Part shown: piece after piece, positions 51,196-64,000 of the stretch
Layout of the letters: every line of letters starts with the position of its first letter
Numbering within the stretch: the stretch's first letter is position 1
Origin: Camelus dromedarius
Lineage: Eukaryota
Direction of reading: 5' to 3'
DNA length: 64,000 nucleotides
NCBI RefSeq assembly: GCF_036321535.1
Contig: NC_087441.1
Span: 5,518,001-5,582,000, forward strand
Made by a program: the position numbers and the translations under genes
The notes under the pieces: model-generated
What the model saw: the letters and a program-made list of their open reading frames with translations, nothing else
Database searches by the model: none
What the model was told of the DNA's origin: nothing

Positions 51196-54100
51196 GCAAC
51201 ATTGATTTATTCCTCCTTTGATGTCTCTTTGAGGCTAAGTCATGTAATTCACTCAGATCCAAGATTTTAAATTGTGGGAGAAGTTTAGATTTCTGGAGCA
51301 AGGTCCAGTTCTTTTGTCAGAGACAAACATACTTAATCATTGCAATCAACATCACAAGGTGCTCTGACTTCAGAATTCTATGCACAAACAGTTAAATGTG
51401 TTCCTAGATCCTCCACCCCACAAATACAAGGTCTAGGATGCCCCTTCCTCATTTGCTGTGATGTCACTTAGTGTCGCCGTCTTTGAATTGCAATATCCTA
51501 CACATCGCTTATTTTTCCCATAAATTAAAATTCCATTTATGACAGTCCCCAGAAAATCAAATAAGAAGTTTCCTCCCCTCGTCATACTCCTTTGTACTAT
51601 TTACTGTTAGCTTTAATTTTGTGTAAATTTTTCAGAGTATCAATGAAAGCCCCTTTCAGCATTTAAGTGTGTGTGTGGGAACGTGTGTAACAAAGAAATG
51701 TTAGGATTAGATTGCTGGATTAGGTACAGCGCTGGTTAATGTCTTACGGGGCAACAGCCCATTCTCTTTGGAGTTACCTGTTACACTGAGCAGGAATGGG
51801 ACTCTGCTGGCCACGCACCGAACCTGTTTTCTTATGAAGGCTTTGTAGGCATTGGCTACCCGTGTAAAGTCAGTGATCACTCCTTAATAGTGTGATGAAC
51901 TGAGAGTTCTTCTCAGATACGACTCTCCATGTATATCCTTTGTGACCCAATCGATTTGTTCAATTATACCCCTGTAAGATGAGAACAAATTTTTATTGAA
52001 CCTACATAAATAACTATGTAGCTGTGAAAAGTAAGGAGATTCAATATAATTATTTGTTTCTGATTTCTGAGGGCCAGTGAAAAACCAGAGACTATTTACA
52101 AATGTTTCAGTTGAGTAAACAAAGGCATAGTATACTAAATTAAAGGTGAGATAAATGAAGAAGGAAAAGATCTTAACATATCCATTAAAAAGAACCTTAA
52201 AAGCAACACAAAACTAGTATTCAAAACAAACAGGTATAAATAAATTTCCTTCATCAATTTAGTTATTATCATGCAATTAGTTCTTATTTTGTTGGATCTT
52301 GGGTTAGTGGTTTATTTCATGAAGAATACCTATTTCCAGACTGAAATGAGTTCTGGAATTCCTGAATCATTCCACTGGTACAGTCTGAAGGTTGTCACAG
52401 TCTGTTTTTTTGAAGTGTCAGGAGTTCAGAGCACCTGGCACAGTCTTTTCTCTGAGGCCAGAGACCGTCCTTCCATGAGGAAAACACAAGCTTGGGCCTG
52501 AGCCCTTAGGCAAGCCTCAGATGGAAGCAGAAACCAATTTCATAATAAGAAAAGGCTAGGTTGATAGTGACAGTGACCACTAATATCAGAATAGGGGGAG
52601 TGATAGTCCCCTTTGTGACATAGTCCATAACTGTTTTGTAAGGGTTTGATCCGTGTTTCCTCTGAGGACAAGATCATGTAACAAGAAGCAAGGGCTTTGA
52701 CCAAACTTCATGGCCCCCTATGAAGGGTTCAATTAATGAAAGATTTATTTGAAAGATGTTTTATTCATAAACCAAATCTAGGGAAGGCTGAGAGTCTTTT
52801 CTGGCTTGACAGCTCATTCCCTGGCTCCTCCAATAATGCTGAGGTCACTGAGAAACATGAAGCCTGCCAACACAGACCCAATGATTTCTAGCACCTTTCT
52901 CCAGAGACCTTCTGAGAAATTCAAAGACTTTTCAAGTGTAAAGTATATTCTGAAATTATTGTTTTAAATGATGAAAATGAACGTTTAGACCTGATTTTTA
53001 GTAGGCAACATCAAATGAATTGTCAGAGGATATTCGATCATCGGATTAATAAAGTCCTAGCTCCTGAGAAATAATACTTAGGTTATCTATTTAATCAAAG
53101 TATTTTAAAATAATTGTACAAGATAACATGATTAAAACAAACCTCAGTTCATTCACAAGTGAGGCAACTTTGCCTTTTTAAATTATCTGTCAAAGAACAT
53201 GATAAAATCAACACAAAGCAAAGATTATCCTGGTAGGATATAGAATATCCACTTCCTGGACAGATTACACAAATAAGACAAAATAATATTTTTCTGTGCT
53301 TTACTAAGTGTTTTAAGATGAATTTATCGGCTCAACAGGGAAAAAGTGTAATTCTAATTTTACATTAATATGATATTTGACAACACGCTAGGTTTTACGA
53401 GCTCATTTTTTTCCTCTTAAATTATCCTAGGAATAAATCCATCAAAACTAGGTAAGCTTTGCACTAATTTTAACACATCTTGTAACTTCTTTTTAGACTC
53501 AAGTATTATAAACAAATGCAAGTAAAATTCACTTTTCTCCAATTTTCTAAAACTTGATATATCCTCTTGTTTTGTCTTTCACTGTATTCTTTTATATGTT
53601 GAACAAACATTTTTTTTAGGGGAAAAAACTACTCTCTTCTTCCTTTAAAGAGAGAAACTCATCCCATTGCCTTAGGTAAACAGCTGTGTTTTTCTGTTGC
53701 TGTTGCTTCTAGGTTAGTCTCAACCACCTAAACTAAGTATAACTTTTAACCAAAATAGCAACTTCTGTTCTACAGAGAAACCCAGGAGGTAGGTATTGTC
53801 TGTCATACACAATAATTTTAGCAGACTAGCAAAGCTCATAACTACACATTACATAATTTTCTATAGACATAATTTTTGAATTAGCAAAAATAAAACACTC
53901 CATTAACACAAACCAAAGATGCAGCCATTCTATGTTATATAGTACTGAAGAACCACAAGTATGTAAACTGAAAATTATGCTTATTTATCAATACTTCTGT
54001 ATTCAACCTTAATAGAAATGTTCCAACGATCTAAAGATTAAATAGCCTGATTTAATATTAATACAGATTTTTAAGTTATATAAGGGTCTGAGAACATATG

Positions 54101-55360
54101 TTTTGGCTGACACTGTAAAACATAATTAACTATAAAACATTTGCCAGAATTAAGATGCAACCTAGTCAAATGCAAGTGTATAAAAGTATATTTTTTATAA
54201 ACTTAAATATCATGTAAGTATAATGTTAGATTACTTAATCAGTAAACCACTATGAGAAATACAGGCCATTCAGATTAACTACTCTCTTCATGGAAAATCA
54301 AACCCTAGCCTTTTGTAAAATATGAAATAAAAATCTTATCACATATTTGACACTGATACATCAGAGCAAAGATAAATAGCTTTTTTCTTTCTTATATCCA
54401 AATTATTGAAACAATCCAGGTGTCCACAGACTAACCTTAATTGTGTGAACTTGATTTCTTCCAATATTTTTCAGCTAGTACCTTCTATAAGAAGGATTTT
54501 TTTCCTTAAATGTTTAGAGCATTTAAAGTATTCAAAGTTCAGTTTCTTATTTTCTTTGAGTATTGTGGCTGTTCCATGTATACAAGTGTTTGTTTATTTC
54601 CATAAATCAATCAGAACAGAGCTTTAATTCATGAGACATAATTGTTAAATTTATTAATAACCTTTGGTGGTAGGAAAGCATTACACACCGACAAGAGCAG
54701 AAGCCTTTCTGAGTTACAGATACATAGACACACAGCCATGGAGAGGATTTAGAGCTTCAGTCACAGGGCAAACGTGAACGTACAAGCATGAGAGGTACTG
54801 GATTTCACAGCACTCATTTCCCCCCCAGGAAGATAAAAGTTTGTAATCGATTTGAGGTCACAGGTAGAACAATAAGCAAAAATAACCTCAATGCTTGTTG
54901 TCTCTTATTCAACAGAGAAGAGTTAATTCCGTCCTCTTAGCTCACCAGTCAGAATGTAAAGCCTGTTTCCCGTTCACTGTGACCACCAAGGAGTGCGGAT
55001 GCGTAAGCCACCAACAGAAACCAGAACAAGAAGTCAGCAGAGGGAAAGGGAGGAAACAGAGAAACAGGACTGGTGGAATTAAAGCTCTCTTTGGTCAGGA
55101 CTTGCTTTAGGAACCGAGAAAGGACATGCCTTGGCTTTAGAGCCATGAGGTCTCTGGTACCGCAGTTTGCTCAGCTCCAAAACAGTGAAAGTTTGACTTT
55201 TAAGTAGGTAAAAGCATGACTGTCATGCAAACATAAAATGAACATATGCCAACATTTTATTCAATTAACTATTTAATAGGGAAACAGGGACCTGTATAAC
55301 TTGGTTCAAAGAATTTAGAGATTAGTCAATTGAGAGAGGCTAGTCAGATATCTAGCTAAC

Positions 55361-55440
55361 TAGGTAGACAGACAGTAGATAGACAGATAGACAGATAGAT
55401 GGATAGACAGGCAGATCATGGATGGATGATAGGTCGATAT
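55361..55440 (+). repeat. Degenerate (TAGA/CAGA/TGGA)n tetranucleotide repeat
   Basis: tagacagacagtagatagacagatagacagatagatggatagacagg. Confidence 0.85.
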
Positions 55441-58400
55441 ACATGAGAGGTGCAATTTGATAAACAGAAGTTAGGATGGGACCGCTAGGTTCTGTACAAA
55501 GTTGTAAAGTTCTTACAGGACAATAAATCATAACATTTGGGCCCATTTGCTCTATTGGACAGAAGTTTTTTGCACCTCTACTGGAAATAAAGTTAACTCC
55601 TGCCCCTACAAAGTTGTAAAATAGCCCAAGTAATAGATCTCCACAGCACTGAAGAAATAGCAGTGATCTCTTTGGCCTGATTCCAAGTTTCAGATACTTT
55701 TTCCTGGATATTGAGAGACTGAAGCTAAGTAGTTCTATTTAATGTGTCAACGGTTACAGAGAATAGTATTTTTCTCCTGCCAACCATTGCCCTAAATCCA
55801 CTGAAGAGAGACTTTTTTTTTTTACTCTCAGTAGAATAACGAGTATTTTTCTAACACTCATTTTCATGAAATTTTTACTTACATTGTCTTACTTGATTTT
55901 TATGGGAAACTCAATTATTATTACTTCTTTTACACAAAACTGAGAGGAAAGTGTAAGTTTCTTGTCCAAGATCCCACAGCTAAAAGATGTTGAGACTAAG
56001 ATTTGAACCAAAGTCTTTTGGTTCAAAATTTCATTCTCTTCAAATTAGATCAAAGTGTTCATGAGTAACTGCTTAGATCTGACGTGGTTTGTAAAATCAA
56101 CACTGACGGATACACTGTGACATATGAACAACCTCCTCATTCTGGGCCTTCAACAAGTATCTCCATTTTTGTAAAATAACTGAGTAGTAGTTTCTCAGCT
56201 TAAGGAATGTCTCCTTTCCATAGCTTTGCATCTGACGTGAACACGTGTGCCAGTTGACAGGAAATACGTAACAGCCACAGAAAAGCTACTTTTAAAATGT
56301 TTGCAGTTAGTGGGAAACTTTATGATTTGAATCTGTCAAGGAATGATGTAATGTTTTCATTTTTTTTTTTCAAACACAGTTTTGTGAACTGGGCTTCCAA
56401 ACTATTTTAGACATATTTCCAAAGCTTGTTTTTTTTTTTTCCTGTCAAATTAGTTTCAGTTCATGAAAGAGCATGTTGTGTAAGTCCATCTCTGCACTGT
56501 AACATGGTATGAGGCTGCCCTGGCTTCTCTGTCGTCACCTCCTTGGGAATAGCATCACGATGGGACCAGTGATCCATTAAAAACGGCCTCCTGAATTTAA
56601 AGAACACTTACAGTGTAGAACATAAACCTCTGTGGCCACTCAGCAACTGAGCCAGACAAAGAAGAATGCCAGCTCCGGCAATGTGGCTGGTTGTTCCAGC
56701 CTGCTTTTCAGGCTGCATTAGGATACGGGATGCCAAACGTACCCCAGACAAATATTTCTAAAGAGCAACTGCTTTTTCTCAGTGTTGCTTTGATTTACAA
56801 TAATTGGTCCAAAGGGAGCTATCTGGTCGTAATGTGTTTTTACTCAGCTGCTTGACAGTTGTTGCCCATAACTACAAATTATTGATGGATTGATGATGCG
56901 CTATATTCATGACTTATGCTCACAGGCCTTGGTGACTGGAGGGAATCAATAATTCTTGGAAAGATGGAAACAAAACATTACGCTGGGGAATAATATCTGA
57001 TTTGAATTGAATAGTTAGCTCATCATACTCCTTTTTCCTGAGAAGCAGATGTGGGATTTGGGGCTTTTTAGTCAAAAACCTAAGCACCCACCTTATAAAC
57101 ACAATAAAGTTACACAGAAATATACATATTAATTGTGCACACATTTTAGATCTTTAGAAAACTTGTTTTTGAAAGTATTTGAAAATGGTAGACGAGGGTG
57201 GTAGATGATTCAGACAGCCTAGATACTGTATTACAAAGATGTATTTAATATGTAATTATTCTATGATACTTCAAATTGATAGACAAATCAAAATTTAGCT
57301 GGGTAATTTTTTTCAAATAATCACCCCATCCTTGAAGCCAAGTTTTAATACCCCTATTCTTGCAGCATTCGTCGTTTTAAGTTTAGTTTGGAATAATATT
57401 CCCCCTTTCCCTTCTGTTAACTAGGTGAGCACCCCAGAGTTGCCATTGGTATGTCCTTGAATGTCCTTGGATGGCTTCTTATTAACCCTTGAAAATTGTG
57501 ACTGCTCTACAACCTCTTGGTTCTAAATGTAAAAATTTATATCCCCTCGTGACCTTCCAGCAACAGCAGAATGTGATTTTGTAAGACATTAGCATAATGG
57601 AACCTTTTCAGTAAAATGATAAATTGAGCCCATCTCAGAAAACAGAGCGCACACTTGGTGACTGATTGCCATCATTGCCATGGGGAGGACCCCGTTCCTA
57701 TCCTATGCTTTTAACTCTGCTGAGAATGCCGCCTTGCCTCAAATCCTGTGAGTCTGCAGGATTTGCATGGGAGAGAAGTGCTTGTTCTGATGGAGCCAGC
57801 AGCACTTTGGGGAGTAGGCATCGCTGCATGGCGTAATTGTCGCTCATGAGCATATCTGACTACTTTGTGTTTTTAAGTTTCTTTCATGTAAAGTGAAGTT
57901 GGTTGTGATTCTCTGGTATATGGTGCCAGGGGCAAGGAGGCGAGCGCGCATATGAGTTACTTTTGTCTGTATGTAACCCAGAGTTTTTTCACGATCAGAT
58001 AGGGAAAGCATTTGTAGAAGTGAATATGTTCTTTTAATTTAGCAAAGCATTATATATATATTAGCAGAAAACATTTCTACATAAACTAATAGTTGATTGT
58101 TGTGTATGAAAGGATTATATCCAGGATGCAGCTCATCTGTGTAAATACGCCTCATAAATGGTAAAGACCTAGGTGGATTTCACAAAGGAGAGAACTAATT
58201 AGAAAATAAAGAATAAAAAATTAAAAAATAAAAATTAGCATACTTTACTCTGCTGCTGAGAGGGTCGCTTTCTAGTAAGTACTGGGCAACTGTCTTAGTT
58301 TCCTGGTTGCATTTTCATTTATTTGGTGCAAACAGGTAACAGTCATTAATACCGTATGAAACTCATTTTCATGGTGAGGACATAAGACACTTGCACCTCT

Positions 58401-61400
58401 TGGATTCTACACACAGGATAACAAAAACCTGTCCAGCAATGAGATGATCTGGCCAGGTGTGTTTGTGCTTATGTTTTGCTCTGAATCCTGGGAGGGCCCA
58501 AGCTAAATTTAAAACTTGGTGATAGTCTGTATATCTTTTTATGCAACTTCTTACTTTATTTTTAACATTTCTTTTGTAACTTCTTAATTTTAAATATGAA
58601 AGTCCATTTTTGAAATATCCAAGGGATATGCTATAAATGAATAAATGAATAATTTTAGAGGATAGACTCATAAATTATACGGTTACTTATGGGGAAAAAA
58701 GGTCCAGGAAATTCAGCTTCTTCTTTATTGTTCTTTTATTCTTTGAAGAAAACCTGAAATATCTGTGTTATATAATTTGCTGGTATCATTGGCGATAAGC
58801 TGAATTTCAAGATCATTGCTACTTGTAGAGCTGAATCTTCTGTGTGGTGATGTGTTTGATATTATCAAACACAACATGTTTTTATTACAATATAAGCATT
58901 TTGTTGATGAAGTATTCAAAGTTTAAAGCAAAACATGTTACAAGAGCTTACACTCTCTCATGAAATAGCTCCCATTTACAATGAAGAAATACTTGAAGTA
59001 ACAATACATAAATCTTGGGTGAAGCTTTCAAACTTTTTTTTTTTCCAATAAACCATGCTTAGCAATGAAAGTAAGGATAACAGACAAAATTTGTCCTAAT
59101 ATTCTACACTTTAATCACTTCTCACTCTTTTGTCACTGCCTCTCTAATGAACTTACCTCCATAAAATGCTCTCACGTTTACCTGAGCTCCTTATACTTCT
59201 GATTCAGTTGCTTTGTATGTCAGTTCATTATGCTGATTCCACAGCTGTCGGAGTAAGGTAATCAAAGTCTTGATGCGTTTATTGTATATTGTTTGCTTTT
59301 CTAGTTTTAAATTATATCTTTATAGTTTGGTGCAATTTACTCACAAAAAGTTCTTAACACTATTCTAAATAATGTGGAAAATCTCTTACAAAATTCAAAT
59401 CCAATTATATTTCCCTACATGATTGACTAATATAGTGATGATGATAATGGTAACAGTAATTTTAAGGGTATTATAAAGGACATTTGACAAAATTGTGGTA
59501 AAAGGGTAAGATGGAACAAAATAATTTCTTAAGCTTTTTAACATACATTACCTACTTTAAATTTCAGACGTTGGAAGGAAATTCAGGGAGTCAGCACATA
59601 CCATTCTCTGCTTTAAAGTAAGAAAGATGGATGTCAGCCCAGTCCTTTAAAATCGCTGGGGTCAGTGACTCTGTCACTTTCTTCAAAACATCATTCAAGT
59701 GTGTAACCTTTTTACTGGTTTATACCAGTGAGAACTCTCATGTATGAGTCTCAGAGTATGATTAATTTAGTGACAGTTTAGGTAAGAAACTGTTTGGAGT
59801 ACTGATCTTATTTCCTATTCTTGTCCTGTTTTGATGGAACTCATCCTAACCTTTAGTGTTTACCCTTCGTTGGTAACTGGACACCATTAACACCACCGCC
59901 TGTTGACCTTGAGGGCACTGTTCCTTTCCTGAGAATAAGGGAGCATAGGCTCAGTATGATTTTTCGAAATACATTCCTGCTTTGCAAGGTGTTGTTTGTC
60001 TCTTCCTCTGATTATTATTTCTGTTTTTGTTGATGTATTAGGATGTGTTTTGCTCTTCTTCAGAGTTCTCTCATTTTAATAAAAATAAGTTAACTGCTTC
60101 TAATCAGTGGGTAGCTGTGAGAAATGTAGCAATCATTCATTAATGCTTCCAAAGTTTTTCTAAACGATAAAAATCTTCTTAAAGTAAAAACATTGCTGCC
60201 AACCCACAAGTAGGGTATAAAAGGAAACAAGAAGAGTGTAGTCTTTGAAGACCTGTCCCATGTCAGTTTTCACACTTTAAGGTGTCATCTGCCTGTTATT
60301 CAAAGAATATTTACTGAAAGAATTGATCGCATGTGTATGTCAGTTATTCCAGACTCAGGAACTCATAAAAGCACATATATTGTGCCATCAGTGGTTTTAA
60401 TCTTTTTCATAATTTTATTTTCCTCTTCAGGCTCTTGATTTAAAAGAACTGCTGGGAAGCCTCCCCACCTGACTTACGAAAACAAACTCCATAGTCCTGG
60501 TTAGCAGAGTCCTTTTTCCAACCAGACTATGAAAGAGGACAGTTAGGATCAATTAGGCTAATTGGCAAGTGCAAATCTTATCATAGTTTCTAATCCTCTG
60601 CAGATACATGTTGTGGTGAATCCTTGTTGCAATCCTCCGACCTGGTCTTCAGCTTCCATGAGGCCAGATTTGGGGCAGCAGTTCCCGTGACGTGGCCTTG
60701 GTAAGAGAAGTTGTGAAACCAGGTTGAAACTAATATCTGGCAGGCCTCAGTTTTGTTTTGTTTTGTTTCTGTTTATTTGCTTTTAGCTTTATTGTCTTCG
60801 GACAGCTCAGCTGACTAGAACAGTGATGAGATCAGACTTAAATGGGAGAGCCCCGGGGAGGCTCAGCACGCCCGTTCCCGTTGGTGGCCTCCTACCTGGT
60901 CCATAGTCACTCCGGCAGGTTTGCAGCAGGAGGCCCCTGCCAGGACTGAAAGCAGATCTTCAGGTGGCGTCAGCTTATACCCTGAACACGTTCTTGGAAA
61001 CGCTCACCCATGGGGCCTGGGTTCTTCTGATGTGCAGTCAGGATTGAGAGAGTTGGGAACCACTTGTTGACTCCCACAAAACTGAAGATCCGTTGTATTT
61101 GGGAGATGGGTGGGACCCTAGCTCTGCTTTGTGCTGGTTGGCTTACCCTCCACTTGTCGCTCAACTGTTCTTGGCCTCCATTTCTTCATCTGTCAAATGG
61201 TGAAAACATGAGGATTTCTGTGCAAATTTCATGAAAAATTTCATCTAAAATCCTTGATATAACAAACACTAAATACATGATACTAGTAAATATTAGCATG
61301 CCATTGTAATTTGATTTTATAGTACAAAAATGTATCATTTAGGCATTCATACTCACAATATCTTGTACCACAAAATATTTGAAGAGGTTTATAAGAATGC

Positions 61401-62194
61401 ATCAAGTATAATAACATACAAATAAATTAGAGTCAGAAAAATCTAAATGAAATAGAAAATAAAATCTGGGGAAATCAGTCCACTGGTCTGCAAGCAATGT
61501 TTCCTGTTTGGTGAGGAAAGTTTGTCTGCAGCTTTTCCAGATCCCAGATTTCCAGGAAATGGGAATGAGTTTGCCACAGATAATCGTTCATACAGAATAT
61601 AAATCCAAAGCTTATTTACCATATTAATTATATCCAGATATTAGTTTAAAATATTAAATGTAAGCATCTCGCTCTTACCTATATGTCCAGAGAAGTGTTT
61701 CAGAGTCTGGTCCTGTAGAGAGTTGGCATACTCTGCATGCATTTTGTGTGCCGTGGAAGGAAGTGTCAGGGATCCTGATCATCTGCCTCAGTATTATAGT
61801 GAATCCCCCTCTTACAGCATCCAGACAGGGACAAAGTGTCCCTGGTGTGTTGCCACGAGCCAAGCAGCAGCCTCGGGTTCCGCACACACACGGGATGGAG
61901 GGCGTTTAGCAAGTCAGCCTCTGGCTCCCCTCCCACCTACTGTACCCCTCACCCTTGAGATGCTTTGCAGCACTGTTTGCAGGTGGACATTTGGGGGATG
62001 ACACTTTGTAAGTGATGGTGACTGGGTCTCCAACTGAGCGCCCCTAAATGGCATTCCTATCTGAGTACAAATAAGACTCAGACAGAAATATGAAAAAATT
62101 TAAAAAATTCTCCTGTCCACATATCCTTTCCTTTGCACCCCTCTAAACAACCAGAAACACAGCAGAACATTCTGGGCCAGAACCAGAGTGGTGA

Positions 62195-62395
62195 GGAGCA
62201 CAGAGCATGGGCTTTGGAGCCAGTCAAATGTTGGGTCTGGGCTCAGCCACGTGACCCCCTAGAAGATCACTTAACTCCCAGTCTTTGTTTCTTATCCAAA
62301 AATGGGAATAACAGTATTGTCCCCACCTTTTGTTGTGAGGACTACACAGATAAAACGCTTGGTCTAGGGCCTGATCAGAGTGGTGGCCTTAGGCC
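62195..62395 (+). mobile_element. MIR SINE
   Basis: agagcatgggctttggagccagtc...atcacttaactcccagtctttgtttcttatccaaaaatgggaataacagta...tgttgtgaggact. Confidence 0.75.
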
Positions 62396-63411
62396 AGCCT
62401 TACAGGCTATTTATTTACTTCTATACTTTACAGACGTAAGAGGTGCCACATACACAAGCGAGTTGGGACCTCTGTAATAAGTGTGGCCTTTTTGTTTTGC
62501 TGATGAGCATCCTGGCAGGAGCACACCTGGGAGCTTGGTCTTCTAGTTCCTTATTCTAGTTTCCTAGTTTCCCCTCAAGATGATAATGCCTCTTAGCCTG
62601 GACAACGCGCACGTGGTTCCTGGGTCCTACGCCTCAGGGACCAGGGAGCTCCTCTAGACCCCGGGCTGGGCTGTCTGCTCTGCCCCCACCTGATGGCCAG
62701 GACCCAGCCGTCGGAGTTAATGGAATCGTCCCCCTGACTCTGTACTTGATACTGAAATAAAATGACTGTTCATGGATTTTGTAGCATCATCTGAGCTTAC
62801 TGGACAGCTCAGCTTCAGAGTGCTACAAGATAACCATGAACTTATCACCTTTCGGTCACCACTTGCTTGTTGCTGAAATGCTCTCACCTAAAAACGGAGT
62901 CATGTGTTTTTCTTCTCCACCTCCTTTCTGTGGTTGAGAGCTAAGGCAGAAACCAGGTAAGTATTTCAGACAATCTCATTTCTTTATTCTAATCTTTCAG
63001 CTGCCTTTATTATTGATAGGGAAGTCACTTTTCATTCCTAGCAAAATGTTGTTCAGAAAAGCACTGAAGCATTGCAAACATGTAACAGACCGCTGGAGGT
63101 AATGTGAACAAAGACGCTTCCATAACATGAAGGGGAATAAAACATGAGATGATTATGTGGATCAGTTTTTTAGAGGCGAGGTAGTTTTGCTGTTGTTGTT
63201 ATTGTTACACAGACTGTTTTTTAATGTTCTAAGTCTTGCCCTATGATTTGTATATATTTCTTCAGTGATTTAATTTTTTTGTTGTTGTCTAGTAATCACA
63301 TTTTTTTTCCATGCTGAACTTGTCTTTCTAAGTCCTGGAGGGAAAGTTAGGTAAGATTAAGAAACAGTCAAAGCTATTCTGACCTCTTAAGAAAACATTC
63401 CTTATAAATAT

Positions 63412-64000
63412 TGTCAAATAAAAAAATGAATCCCCATTTAATCAGTAGAGGCTGTACTTCAAAGGGTAATTGTGGGGGGTGGGGTGCGGATGGACTATTG
63501 CAGTAGGGGCAAGGGGACTGTCACAGTTGGGTGAACATTTGGACCAGATCTGTCAGCCTCTCAAAAAGTCCGGAAGAAGGGGTTTTCTTTTATAGATAAG
63601 AGAGACAAGGCTAGAAAGAACTGGACCGGGAAGTAGGGTGAATGGGTTATGCTGCAAGATTGTAGATCAGACACTGTGTTACCTTGAGGCCAGCTGTCCT
63701 CAATAGAGGCTGTCTGCTGGCTTGAGCTGAGGGTGGGCTCGAGTTCGGGGCTTGGAGGAAGGAGAGGAGCTTAACCAAGGTTACCAATGACTGTGCTCTG
63801 GTTGATCGGTGGGAACCGGCAGCTCAGCTAATCGTGCATGAGGCAAAGAACAGGAACTTGGATGGTTCGTGTCTGTCCTCGTCATAGATAAAGCAAGGAA
63901 GGGAGACATCGTGACTTTCATGGGGAAGGTGGTTCCCCTCTGTGAGCTGCTTTCTGGAACCTACAAGGGTTAGAAGAATTCCTTTAACCTTTGCTGTTTC
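63412..64000. mobile_element. Probable ERV-class LTR, cut off by the window end (family unassigned)
   Basis: Begins TGTCAAATAAAAAAA. It contains gactattgcagtagggg, ttttcttttatag and ggagaggagcttaaccaagg, resembling reverse-strand ERV1-type LTR text recalled from mammalian repeat libraries. Confidence 0.5.

Larger units (their letters stand above)
43452..64000 (+). other. PRKN: PRKN intron 3 (partial)
   Basis: Begins with the GTAACT donor. No exon-4-like sequence (YNSFYVYCKGPC) was seen in the remaining 20.5 kb. Confidence 0.85.

Noticed and set aside
57740-57768. 9-bp inverted repeat (caaatcctg/caggatttg) overlapping an ATTTGCAT octamer
   Set aside because: A few hairpins of this size and a couple of octamers are expected by chance in 64 kb.
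60410-60706. Possible 270-nt cryptic exon (strong acceptor at 60430, TTG|GTAAGA at 60701)
   Set aside because: It has early stops in the relevant frame and no supporting evidence. Such pseudo-exons are common in long introns.
1-64000. CRISPR arrays, operons or prokaryotic defence systems
   Set aside because: The sequence is mammalian intronic DNA, with no repeat-spacer arrays or prokaryotic gene organisation.

Overview
This is eukaryotic (mammalian) genomic DNA, not a prokaryotic locus. The only real coding sequence I can support is one 229-bp internal exon on the + strand (43223-43451). It is recognisable as exon 3 of PRKN/PARK2 (Parkin), covering the end of the Ubl domain with Ser65, the linker, and the ACT element SLTRVDLSS. 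Everything upstream is therefore intron 2 and everything downstream is intron 3. The tRNA-derived SINE monomers (Vic-1-like) and the L1 3' tails point to a camelid (alpaca, llama or camel) draft assembly, with three sized N-gaps. The rest is an ordinary fossil record of repeats: MLT1/LTR33/ERV LTRs, L1M, L2, L3/CR1, MIR, Tigger1, and MER2/MER5A/MER94/MER102-like DNA elements. Repeat family names come from recalled consensus sequences and need RepeatMasker/Dfam confirmation. Almost all ORFs in the supplied track are spurious or transposon debris. I found no convincing new biological system. The best leads are: (1) a TSD-flanked trimeric SINE inside an MLT1 LTR; (2) a recursive-splice-site / in-frame 24-nt RS-exon architecture in intron 3; (3) a 25-nt frameshifting microexon candidate in intron 2; (4) a 4-residue deletion next to the Parkin ACT element; (5) a tandem-duplicated CTCF/E-box motif array.
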